DNA of 52,086 nt from Desulfobacteraceae bacterium UBA5623 (GCA_002424495.1 DIKH01000397.1:54222-106307), one strand, 5' to 3'. Positions 26,415-35,679 are shown, counted from the first letter of the stretch. Notes: a model not told the origin generated them from the sequence alone. A program made the numbers and translations.

Positions 26415-29400
26415 TTATGAAATCACGATTGGACCATCTTCCAGCCTTTCCAGCAATTCCTGTTCAATCCTTTCAATCCAGCTTGTGACGTCCTCTTTTG
26501 TTTTCAAAGTCCCACTGGTCAACCGGACAGTCTGCGTCTTGGGTTCAAGCAGCTTTGCGGCTGCTAAAGCCGCGTTGCTGAATTGTGTCGGCAATGCGTC
26601 AATCTTGGTTTTCCAATTCGTTAAAGGTGTTTCCTCCAGGGTGCGAAGGAGGCTTGAATCATCGCCTATCGATAGGAATGGTATGACAGCGATACCTTCT
26701 GCATCGAGAATATCCTGTTGCTGATCAGAAGTGATTTTTACCCAATTATCGTTTGATTCAAGCGCCGCCACTTCATCATCATAAACGGACTTGAAATCAT
26801 CATAGGCCTTCTTTACAGCCGATCTTAACGCAGTCACAGCTTCCTTGTGAATCGCAGGAACAGGGTCAGTTTTATCAAGAAGGCGTTTTTCATCACGGAC
26901 TGCATTTGCCTGCTGATTAAGATTTTCTGATTCAGGCAGGGTTTTGCTGTGTTTCAATAGACGCTGAAGTGTTTCCCATGCCGGTTTGCGTTTGGCGGCC
27001 AATTCGGCCAAATCAGCCCATTCCTGGGCCTGTTTTGAGAGCGTGTCATGCTGGTTCAAAATCTCGGCGAGTTGTTCGTTTCCGGCTAGTGCTCTCAAAT
27101 TTTCAAGATGGTTGGTTGAGGGACGTTCCGGCATCGGTGGTGCGCCCCCAGCCCGATCTGCAAGGTCTGCTAGGTGAGCGAGAAACTGACCTGCGGCGAT
27201 TGATTCTTCATTGGGTTTACATGGGATTCCTGCACCTTGGAAGAGTTTACGTAATTTGATGCGGCCTCTTGCATCGATGGTTATTGTTTCCACCCGGAAA
27301 TCACTGACTGAGATCTTGGCCTGGTCAAGTTGACCCTGTTTGAGTTGAACGCCTTTGTGAGTGGCCCGAATGTGGCCAGTCGTGAACAGCGTAATCAAAG
27401 CGGCGTCAATTGCATCACGGGGCCAGCCATAAGGGGTGCTCTCAAAGGCATCCCGAACATCTTTGCCTTTCTTCCCGGAACCGATCTCTGAAAGCACGGA
27501 TGAACATACGGCGTGTTTCTCAGGTGCATCATTCCAGTCAATTGCTTGGAGGGCGGCCTCATCTCCATTTTTGGCTCGATTGATAACATTGTGCCAACGG
27601 TCATCATCTGCATCCTGGAAATTCGGAAAAAGCCGGTCCAAGGATATTTCAGCGGCTGAATTCACTTTGTCTTTCAGGGTTAGATCAAAGCGCTCCTGGC
27701 CGCCTCCTTGGATGACTTTGGCAGCGTTGATCACATCCTGAATAATTCTGTTTCTTGTGGTTTCCGCTGAGCCCATACGGGTTGACATGGAATCGCGGGC
27801 TTCCTGGCCTTCCGGTGCCGTGGGTGTTCCTTTGAATTCGATTGTTGTCTTAGCCGCTTCATATTCAACGATTGCCTTTTTGAGGTCGTCGGCACTGGCT
27901 TTGGGAACATATACATAGATGACCGGGCTATCCGTTCCGGCGGCCCGGGCGTCCGCCAGCACAGTGCTTTCATTTTCGCCCCAACCATCGCGTATCCAGA
28001 CAGGAATTTCATTCCCTTTGACTTCAGGCGGTTCAGTGCCAAAATGAATTGAAAGCCTGCGAGCCGCTTTACACTTGCCTTGAAGTAGCTTGATTCCATT
28101 TAAGGAAGTGGAACATGCAGCATTTAACAGAGAAGAACGCTTGCTGGATAGCGCGGTCAGGTCGTTATTCAATTTTGTCTGACGGTTACGGAATTCACGG
28201 TCCCACTCGCTGCTTTCTCTGGTCTGAAGACTGTATTCTTCATCAATCTTGATAAGTTTCCCCTCGTCAACAAGTTTATCGAGAATTTGAGGGATCTCTT
28301 TCCTCAAAACCGCGCCATCATTTGCAAGATCGCTGATAAGAAGATCCGCCAGGGTTTCAGCGGTGGCCCGAACCCCGATATCGGCTACTTCTTCACGTGG
28401 AAGTTTTCGAATCAGGAAAACAAGTCCACAAATCCGTTTGGCAAGTTTGCCGCCCTGAGTGCCATCGTCAAAGTTTCGAATCGTTTCATCGATCTCCCGC
28501 AATAGAACACCGGTTCGCAGGAGATCAGGCTGAAGCTGACCAAAGATGAAGTCAGCCGGCATAACCGTACCGAGGGTTTTTTCGGCCATTTCCTTAACCG
28601 CATCATAAACAATCCGCAACTGGGTCCGGACCTGGCTGGCTGTACCGGGAAGGTCGATAGCACGCAAGACGTGTTCCCAAAAGCGGCGGCGAACGGGTAA
28701 GAGAGGATAGTCATCCACAATTATTGCGCGGTCTTCGCTCCGAGGGCCAATCCGTGTTCCTGAAAGCTGACGGTCTATTTCCCCGGCATAAGAACCGAGC
28801 TTATCTTCAATGGATTTGCGCTTATCGGCTTTTTTAGCAAGGACCACGCGACGGGTTACCGTTTCCACATCCGAATCTGATAGCTCAACAGGAATCGTAA
28901 AACGGTCTCTAAGGCGCTGCAATAAGGGCACGCTACCGGCCAGGGCTGTTTGCCCTGCCCCTATGAGTAAGACCCGGCTATCGAGCTGTTTGCAGATGGC
29001 TTCGGCGATTTCCATAACATCAGTGGACCGTTTCGCACTGTCCCCGATGAACAACTGGATTTCATCCAGCACAATAGTCGTGCATGGGATTTCACCATTT
29101 GTGGAAAGGACTTTGCGGACAATTCGGATGAACTCTTCCGTTGAAATATCTTCCACGACAGGGAACTGGGCACGAAACGCTGCTCGGGCTTGTTTCAGGT
29201 CCGGGGCAAATGCGGGATCAGCCTCCAATATTGCTTTGGCCAGAATGGGACTGACATAAAGATCATGCAGCTCGCTTTGAAAGTCTTTTCCGGCGGATTC
29301 CACCGAGGATTTGACGTTTTCATATATGTTGTTTTTCTGAAGCCAGAGACAGAACTGTGCCTGGGGGAGGGAGCTTGGCAGACCTTTGGAGCGTAAAATG

Positions 29401-29861
29401 ATACTCAACACGGCAAGGCGAACGCTTTCACCGCCTCCGGAAGGCAAGGTCCCTGACGCCGCATGGAGTCCCCCGCATCGTTTACCCAATGTATCCAGTT
29501 CCTTTAAAAGATCACTTACCTCATCCGGCAACTGAGTAAGCCCCCTGGCGGTAGCCCCATCAGATTCAAACTGGGTATCCACCCACAAATGCCTGAACAT
29601 TTTTAGAAGGTGGGATTTGCCGCTTCCAAAAAAACCGCTTACCCATGCGGCAGGCTGAACCGTTGAATCGGCATTCCCCAAATAGGATTCAAGGATTCGG
29701 GTCAGGCCACCCTTATACTGGCCTTCGCAGACAAAGTGCTCCAGCTCATAACGCAGGGTTTCAATCTCTTTCTGGGTTGTCGATTCCGTTACTGCGGCCA
29801 CACCATCGTTAAGCAGCTTTGTGACAGCAGGGTCTCGCTGAAATATCTCACGGTTTTTCAT
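26415..29861 (-). CDS. brxC: BREX large ATPase BrxC/PglY
   Basis: 1148 aa with Walker A GFFGSGKSH and Walker B-like IVLDEIQ. It follows brxB with a 1-nt overlap. Confidence 0.9.
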   Translation of the reverse strand: MKNREIFQRDPAVTKLLNDGVAAVTESTTQKEIETLRYELEHFVCEGQYKGGLTRILESYLGNADSTVQPAAWVSGFFGSGKSHLLKMFRHLWVDTQFESDGATARGLTQLPDEVSDLLKELDTLGKRCGGLHAASGTLPSGGGESVRLAVLSIILRSKGLPSSLPQAQFCLWLQKNNIYENVKSSVESAGKDFQSELHDLYVSPILAKAILEADPAFAPDLKQARAAFRAQFPVVEDISTEEFIRIVRKVLSTNGEIPCTTIVLDEIQLFIGDSAKRSTDVMEIAEAICKQLDSRVLLIGAGQTALAGSVPLLQRLRDRFTIPVELSDSDVETVTRRVVLAKKADKRKSIEDKLGSYAGEIDRQLSGTRIGPRSEDRAIIVDDYPLLPVRRRFWEHVLRAIDLPGTASQVRTQLRIVYDAVKEMAEKTLGTVMPADFIFGQLQPDLLRTGVLLREIDETIRNFDDGTQGGKLAKRICGLVFLIRKLPREEVADIGVRATAETLADLLISDLANDGAVLRKEIPQILDKLVDEGKLIKIDEEYSLQTRESSEWDREFRNRQTKLNNDLTALSSKRSSLLNAACSTSLNGIKLLQGKCKAARRLSIHFGTEPPEVKGNEIPVWIRDGWGENESTVLADARAAGTDSPVIYVYVPKASADDLKKAIVEYEAAKTTIEFKGTPTAPEGQEARDSMSTRMGSAETTRNRIIQDVINAAKVIQGGGQERFDLTLKDKVNSAAEISLDRLFPNFQDADDDRWHNVINRAKNGDEAALQAIDWNDAPEKHAVCSSVLSEIGSGKKGKDVRDAFESTPYGWPRDAIDAALITLFTTGHIRATHKGVQLKQGQLDQAKISVSDFRVETITIDARGRIKLRKLFQGAGIPCKPNEESIAAGQFLAHLADLADRAGGAPPMPERPSTNHLENLRALAGNEQLAEILNQHDTLSKQAQEWADLAELAAKRKPAWETLQRLLKHSKTLPESENLNQQANAVRDEKRLLDKTDPVPAIHKEAVTALRSAVKKAYDDFKSVYDDEVAALESNDNWVKITSDQQQDILDAEGIAVIPFLSIGDDSSLLRTLEETPLTNWKTKIDALPTQFSNAALAAAKLLEPKTQTVRLTSGTLKTKEDVTSWIERIEQELLERLEDGPIVIS

Positions 29862-30421
29862 CAGTCGCTTACCCCGTTATGTAAGGTTATGGGAACGGCC
29901 AAATAATTCCAGCCATCCCGCGCATCGAGGAGCCGATAATTGTTATTGTCAAACTCACCTGGAAAAAAGAGCAACAAACGGCCCCGAATGTCATGGATGA
30001 CTTCCTTCAAAATTAAAGATACCTTGGTGAAACCATATAAACTTGCCACTCCATACACGGCCACCACGCTTTTTGCATCGACATCTGAGTCTGTTAATAC
30101 CTTTCTAAGTTCATGCGATGCAAACTGCAAAAATCCGCTTTGAAGTTTCATTGTCAGATCTTCCGGAGATTCAAAATACAGGTCTCTATATTCTGTGTTG
30201 GCCATCCAGGTGGCGAAGGTCTTTGTAAAATTAAAAGGCTTCCATTTATGCTTGGCATCGATTGTTGCCATTTCAAAAAGCTCAAGCCGGGCACGCAGCT
30301 TACGTTCGTCCTCTTTGGGGTAGACCACAAAGATGGCTTTTTGGTCTCCAGCAAGGTTGCGTTGCCACGGTGCAGAGATATGATTACGATAGCGAGTTGC
30401 CAGATCTTCAATCCGTCCCAT
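29861..30421 (-). CDS. brxB: BREX protein BrxB (DUF1788)
   Basis: 186 aa with C-terminal LLLFFPGEFDNNNYRLLDARDGWNYLAVPI, typical of DUF1788. It overlaps brxA by 14 nt. Confidence 0.85.
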   Translation of the reverse strand: MGRIEDLATRYRNHISAPWQRNLAGDQKAIFVVYPKEDERKLRARLELFEMATIDAKHKWKPFNFTKTFATWMANTEYRDLYFESPEDLTMKLQSGFLQFASHELRKVLTDSDVDAKSVVAVYGVASLYGFTKVSLILKEVIHDIRGRLLLFFPGEFDNNNYRLLDARDGWNYLAVPITLHNGVSD

Positions 30422-31238
30422 GTATTAAATGCCTTTCATCTTCGGTAAACAGGCGGGTAAATGAAACCTCCACAACCCCGCCTGCCTGACTCAAGTCCAA
30501 AAATCCTAATCGTTTGGCATCAGTCGCCAGAGAGACCAGTTCCTCCTGGGGTGTATCGAGCACTTTTGCCCAAAGTGTATTGAATAAACCGTTGCCACGA
30601 GCCCCAAGAACATAACCCAAGACAAGGGCGTAGGCTGTGACAATAGGGGTAGGCGTTACTTTCTGACGAATTTTTCGAACACGTCCTTTTAAATGCCCAG
30701 ATTGGGTCCATGAAGATGATGTATTACGCACGACCTTATCTAGAATATTGTCATTTAACCTGTCTTCAAGGCCTTCTATTAGTATCTGGGCCATTTTTTG
30801 ACGTACCAGTTCTTCACCAGTTTTCATTTGAAGCACAGGAGATGTAGTAACCCTAAGAAGAGGGTCCCGAGCTAAAGCAGTTAAGAGAGCAAGAAGCGGG
30901 CGACCATTCTCATCAAACTGCCAAAGTTGGCGCATAACACGAAAAAGAGGGATAGACGGATCAAGTCCATAAAGCTCGCTCAGGCGTTGGCATGTAAGTT
31001 TGCGTGTTGAAACGGTCTGCTTACCTAGACAATTATGATCAACGATGGCTGATACATAGGCTTCACGTGGAGCACCTTGCTCCTGGTCTTCAAACAATAA
31101 AACCAGTTCTTTTAACATGATAGTTCTGCTGGTGTGTGTGCCTTTATCTCCGATTCGAAATCCCGCCTTAATCCAAGGCTGAAAAACTCCTGAATCCTGC
31201 AAAAGAACATTTTCTTTGAGTATTGGATCTTTCTTCAT
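30408..31238 (-). CDS. brxA: BREX protein BrxA (DUF1819)
   Basis: 276 aa and the first gene of the operon directly upstream of brxB. The assignment rests on position and size; no diagnostic motif was checked. Confidence 0.7.
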   Translation of the reverse strand: MKKDPILKENVLLQDSGVFQPWIKAGFRIGDKGTHTSRTIMLKELVLLFEDQEQGAPREAYVSAIVDHNCLGKQTVSTRKLTCQRLSELYGLDPSIPLFRVMRQLWQFDENGRPLLALLTALARDPLLRVTTSPVLQMKTGEELVRQKMAQILIEGLEDRLNDNILDKVVRNTSSSWTQSGHLKGRVRKIRQKVTPTPIVTAYALVLGYVLGARGNGLFNTLWAKVLDTPQEELVSLATDAKRLGFLDLSQAGGVVEVSFTRLFTEDERHLIHGTD

Positions 31239-31251
31239 TGCAACCTTCTAG

Positions 31252-31277
31252 TTTTGCCGGCAAGATTGCCGGCAAAA
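31252..31277. promoter_or_regulatory. Tandem palindromes TTGCCGGCAA x2 (operator-like) just upstream of brxA
   Basis: The sequence is ttTTGCCGGCAAgaTTGCCGGCAAaa. Each 10-mer is self-complementary, and the whole 26-mer is nearly symmetric. It lies 14-39 nt upstream of the brxA ATG (31238). Confidence 0.5.
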
Positions 31278-31400
31278 TTTCGTTTTAAAATAAAACTGAA
31301 TATAAGATTTGTCAAGATGCTAAGCAAAATTTCTCAGTTTTATAATTTTCAGCCTCTGGAGGCGATTGATTGAGGATTTCAAGTTGTTTTTCTTTTCATT

Positions 31401-31550
31401 ATGAAGATTGGCGTTGATCTCCTCAGTCAGGAGATCGAAGAGGTTGCAGGTCCAATGGCGACTGACGGAGGGTTTTTCGGAGATGATATATTCGGGAATT
31501 TGCCTCAACTGAACTGGAGGAAACTGACGAAGGTGTTTCTTAGGACCTAA
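31401..31550 (+). pseudogene. Orphan 3' fragment of a GcvH-like gene (displaced duplicate, attR-like side)
   Basis: The 49-codon frame MKIGVDLLSQEIEEVAGPMATDGGFFGDDIFGNLPQLNWRKLTKVFLRT* matches the C-terminus of 9561..10487. It contains the right copy of the 81-bp repeat. Confidence 0.8.
31446..31526. repeat. Right copy of 81-bp perfect direct repeat (island junction)
   Basis: Identical to 10383..10463. Confidence 0.85.
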
Positions 31551-31848
31551 GTTGAGCGTTTAGCTGTCAGCATATGATTCCATTCTTGGCAAAGATGGCA
31601 TAGGGAGCATCTTCTTAAAATGGGTCATTCCTTCCTGCCTCTGCTTCCTGCCATATTTTTCCTTGACACCCAAGTATTTATTATGGCATCTAATACGCCC
31701 AAAAAGAGGATGTAGGGGAAAGATGCCTCATGTGAGTCAAAATTACCCGCCCGTATTTTCATCCAATGGTTTTGTCGCCATTTCGATCACATAACGGAAC
31801 ATAATTCCTCTTAGAAATTAAATGCCTTATAAGCAGGAGACAATACTT

Positions 31849-34800
31849 ATGGTTCAAGACAAACCAAAAGGGTCTGTCATGGTTGTCGGTGGTGGAATCA
31901 CTGGAATGCAGACTTCACTGGATCTGGCGGATTCAGGATTCTATGTCTATCTTGTGGAGCAGTCCCCGGCCATTGGCGGTTCAATGGCGCAATTGGACAA
32001 GACGTTTCCCACCAATGACTGCTCTATGTGAATTATCTCACCCAAGCTGGTCGAGGTCGGCCGGCATTTGAATATAGAACTACTTACGCTTTCAAAGGTG
32101 ACGGGTATTGAGGGGGAAGAGGGTAATTTTAAAGTCTTCATAAAAAAATCCCCCAGATACGTCCGTATGGACAAGTGCATCGCGTGCGGCGCATGCGCAG
32201 AAAAATGCCCATCCAAGACACCTGATGAATATAATGCCAACCTTTCAAATCGAAAAGCTATCTATGTTCCATATCCTCAGGCAGTGCCCTTGAAGTATGC
32301 GATTGATGCGGACAAATGTATTTATTTTAAAAAGGGCAAATGCAAGGCCTGCGAAAAATTATGTCCCACCATGGCCATTAATTTTGACGATAAGGAAGAG
32401 GATATCATTCTTAACGTTGGCTCTGTAGTCCTGACGGCAGGGTTTCAACCCTTTGACACCTCCAAATTTGATACATACCAGTACGGAAAATTTCCGAATG
32501 TTGTCACCAGCCTGGAATTTGAACGGATTTTATCTGCCGGTGGGCCGGCTGCTGGACATGTAAAGAGGCCTTCTGACAAAAAAGTACCTTCAAAAATTGC
32601 ATGGCTGCAGTGTGTGGGGTCCAGGGATCTAAACAGATGCGACAATGAATACTGCTCATCCGTATGCTGCATGTATGCGATAAAAGAATCCATGATCGCC
32701 AAGGAGCATATAGGGCAAGGTTTTGAGGCAACCATTTTTTATATGGATATCAGGACCCATGGCAAGGATTTTGAGAAGTATTATGAGCGCGCCAAAAAAG
32801 AGGGTTTGCGGTTTATACGTTCAAGGGTCCACACCATAGCTGAAGCGGACAAAACAGGGACCTTGAAGCTCGCATATGTTACTGACGAGGGTGAAAAAAA
32901 AGAAGAAGACTTTGATATGGTGGTGCTTTCAGTTGGCATGGAGCCTGCTGATTCTGCTGTTGAGGCAGCCAGAAAACTTGATATCGCTCTAGATGATTAC
33001 AAGTTTGTCAAAACAGACTCCCTTTCGCCTGTTTCCACATCAAGGCCGGGGATTTATGTTGCAGGTGTCATTCAGGGCTGCAAAGACATTCCTCAGTCAG
33101 TGGTTGAGGCAAGCGCCGCGGCCTGTTCCGCCAGTATCAGTCTCGCCCCTGCGCGCGGCTCCTCTGTAAAGGAAAAGGTCTTTCCCACAGAAAATGATGT
33201 TGCAGGGCAGGATCCCCGTATCGGTGTTTTTGTATGTAACTGCGGCGTCAATATCGGCGGCATTGCCGATGTTCCTGCTATAGCCGAATACGCAAGGGGG
33301 CTTCCGTCTGTGGCCCATGTGCAGGAAAATCTCTTTACATGCAGCCAGGACACCCAGGAAAAAATGGTTGAGCTGATAAAGGAACATAAGCTTAATCGTA
33401 TTGTTGTAGCCGCATGCACGCCGCGCACGCATGAGCCGTTGTTCCAGGAGACCATACAAAATGCGGGTCTCAACCCATACCTTTTTGAAATGGCAAACAT
33501 CAGAAACCAGTGCACCTGGTGCCATTCGGAAGAAAAGGAAAGGGCCACGGACAAGGCCAAAGATCTGGTGCGGATGGCTGTTGCCAGGGTTGCGCTTCTT
33601 GAGCCTATCCCGGCGCTTTCTGTCGGCGTAAACAAATCCACACTTGTTCTGGGCGGCGGTGTCGCCGGTATGACCTCTGCCATCAGTCTGGCGGATCAGG
33701 GTTTTCCCGTAACCATAGTAGAGAAATCTTCGGCCCTGGGCGGGGCGGCAAAAGAGGTGTCAAAAACATGGGACGGCAAGGATGTTAATGCATTTGTGTC
33801 AGGGCTGTGTGCAAAAATAGAGAATCACCCTGATATAAAGGTGATTTTGAATTCAGAGGTTGTTAATGCCGCTGGTTTTGTGGGTAATTTTGAGACCACA
33901 ATCAAGACCGTGGAAGGAACATTCACTGTCAATCACGGTGCTACTATAATTGCTACCGGGGGTAAGGCTGCAGAGACTGAAGAATACCTTTATGGAAAAA
34001 ACCCCAAGGTTACACTCTGGCATGATATTGAGCATGACCCTGAGAGGCTGAAATATGCAAACAATATCGTTTTCATCCAGTGTGTCGGATCAAGGGATGA
34101 AGCAAGGCCCTATTGCTCCAGGATTTGTTGTACTACATCTGTAATGCAGGCCATTTTCATAAAAGAGCAACGACCTGATGCAAATGTATTTATACTTTAC
34201 AGGGACATGAGGACTTATGGAGAAAAAGAGGTCCTCTACAAAAGGGCAAGGGAAAAAGGCGTTGTTTTTATCAGATATGCGCGGGACAATAAGCCAAAAG
34301 TTACTGAGGCCAGTGACGGGAGTCTCAGTGTTGAGGTGTTTGATCCCATACTCCAGCAGAATCTACTCATAAAGGCCGACATATTAAATCTAAAGACGGC
34401 AATAGAGCCTTCCATAAATGAGCAGATTGCATCGTTTTACAAGGTCCCTCTGAACGAAGAGAAATTTTTTATGGAGGCCCACGCAAAACTCAGACCTGTG
34501 GACTTTGCATCCGATGGTCTGTATGTATGTGGGCTTGCCCATTATCCCAAACCGATTGACGAGAGCATCGAACAGGCGATGGCCGCAGCGGCCAGGGCTG
34601 CTACAGTGCTGTCAAAGCCTTCTATTATGGTTTCACCTCTCGTATCTCAGGTGAACGCTGAAGTCTGCATCGGCTGTGGCCTTTGTGCGGAAGTATGCGC
34701 CTTTGGCGCAATAGTGCTTGAAGAGGTAGGGGCAAAGGGCAAACGCGCAAAAAATATCCCGGCTTCGTGTAAAGGCTGCGGTTTGTGTGCGGCCTCATGT

Positions 34801-34872
34801 CCTCAAAAGGCTATTGATATGTTGCACTTTAGGCATAGCCAGTTGGAGGCGTCAATCTGTGCGGTGGCTTAA
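31849..34872 (+). CDS. hdrA: Large HdrA-like flavoprotein (HdrA core fused to a second FAD/NAD(P)-binding module and ferredoxin domains), selenocysteine-containing
   Basis: Track ORFs 31822..32031 and 32068..34872 are in the same frame and separated only by TGA 32029..32031. That TGA sits in the HdrA motif FPTNDCSM-[TGA][12 protein letters not shown], where homologues have Cys. Dinucleotide-binding motifs are VVGGGITGM and VLGGGVAGM. Several CxxCxxCxxxC(P) ferredoxin motifs are present. I prefer ATG 31849, which has AGGAGA 8 nt upstream; 31822 is the alternative. Confidence 0.8.
32046..32065 (+). promoter_or_regulatory. Candidate SECIS stem-loop for hdrA-1
   Basis: GCUGGUCG-AGGU-CGGCCGGC forms 8 bp including 2 G-U pairs. 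It starts 15 nt after UGA 32029..32031. The same element is conserved in hdrA-2. Confidence 0.45.
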
Positions 34873-34919
34873 TGCTAACATGTGACTATTTTAATCCTTT
34901 ACAAATAAGGGGCGAAAGT

Positions 34920-35669
34920 ATGACGGAGTTTGAACCAAAGATTGTTGCTTTTCTTTGCAACTGGTGTGCATATGCAGGCGCTGACCTGGCAGGAGTCTCC
35001 AGGCTGCAATACCCTTCCAACATGAGGACAATACGGGTGATGTGTTCCGGTCGTATTGACCCGGTTTTTATTATCAAGGCCCTGAAAGGGGGATGTGACG
35101 GCGTCATGGTTGGCGGGTGACATTTCGGTGACTGCCATTACCTGGAGGGTAATGTTCAGGCCGAAAAGAAACTGCTTTTGACGCGGAAACTTCTCGATAT
35201 CGCAGGCATCGGCAGGGAAAGACTGCATTTTGCCTGGGTATCATCCGCGGAGGCGCAGCGCTTTGTCCAGGTCGCCACCGAGGTCACGGATTCCATTAAG
35301 AGCCAGGGAAAGTTTGATTCGGCAGTGTTTGATCTGCAGCTTTCAGCGGCTGAAAGGACGCTTGAGGGTGAAACCCTGCGATGGCTGGTGGGGAAAGAAG
35401 TCAAAATCACCACCAAGGGTGATGTATACGGCCGCAAATGGGATGTTGAAAAGTATGAAGCCGTTCTCTATGACATGCTTGAACGGGAGTATCATAAGAA
35501 CCTGATCTATCTGGCGATAAAGCAGGATTGCACCAACGTCAGGCAAATAAGTAAAAAAACCGGCGTAGGCATACTGCGGATTTCCTATCTCCTAGCGGAT
35601 ATGGAAAGGACGAGTATGGTCGCCTTTACCGGGATGGAAGACAGCAAACCCGTGTTTGCAGCACTTTAG
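34920..35669 (+). CDS. mvhD: MvhD-like (methyl-viologen-reducing hydrogenase delta subunit family) protein with C-terminal extension, selenocysteine-containing
   Basis: Track ORFs 34872..35120 and 35178..35669 share a frame. TGA 35118..35120 lies in GVMVGG-[TGA]-HFGDCHY, where MvhD proteins have GGCHxGDCHY. The N-terminal reads [15 protein letters not shown]...[12 protein letters not shown] 34920 follows AAGGGG. Confidence 0.8.
35136..35154 (+). promoter_or_regulatory. Candidate SECIS stem-loop for mvhD-1
   Basis: CAUUACC-UGGAG-GGUAAUG forms 7 perfect bp. It starts 16 nt after UGA 35118..35120. Confidence 0.45.
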
Positions 35670-35679
35670 GGGAGTGATA

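Larger units (their letters stand above)
10488..31413 (-). mobile_element. About 20.9-kb defence island (BREX type 1 + QatABCD + AlbA_2 pair), flanked by direct repeats, no recombinase seen
   Basis: It contains 12 co-oriented, mostly overlapping or tightly spaced genes, opposite in orientation to the flanking host operons. It is bounded by the duplicated 3' end of the 9561..10487 gene. Confidence 0.6.

Noticed and set aside
26206-26724. Plus-strand 172-aa ORF bridging the qatA start and the brxC end.
   Set aside because: It is antisense to two well-supported genes, has a low-complexity Ser/Leu-rich translation and has no RBS. It is most likely a shadow ORF.
10488-31413. I looked for an integrase, transposase, excisionase, tRNA/tmRNA target or inverted terminal repeats that would explain island mobility.
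   Set aside because: None was recognised. All long ORFs are accounted for by BREX, Qat and AlbA_2-type genes, so the element cannot be called a classical integrative element.
31684-31698. Sigma-54-like element TGGCAT-ctaat-ACGC upstream of hdrA-1.
   Set aside because: The GG/GC spacing is right, but the -12 box is ACGC rather than TTGC. It also lies about 125 nt from the nearest start codon. That is too weak to call without a PWM score or a mapped transcription start.
33093-33683. Long antisense ORFs inside well-supported genes. Examples are 511..996, 33093..33683, 37150..37560, 40315..40914, 42197..42697 and 15520..15957.
   Set aside because: Each lies opposite a strongly motif-supported CDS and shows no motif of its own. 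These are typical shadow frames in moderately GC-rich coding DNA.
34872-35669. Interpretation of the split hdrA/mvhD ORFs as pseudogenes inactivated by nonsense mutations, or as separate small genes.
   Set aside because: All four interruptions are TGA, and each falls exactly on a conserved Cys position. The frames continue without shift, and each has a nearby downstream hairpin. Selenocysteine recoding is the more economical explanation, but it is still unproven without Sec machinery or proteomic data.
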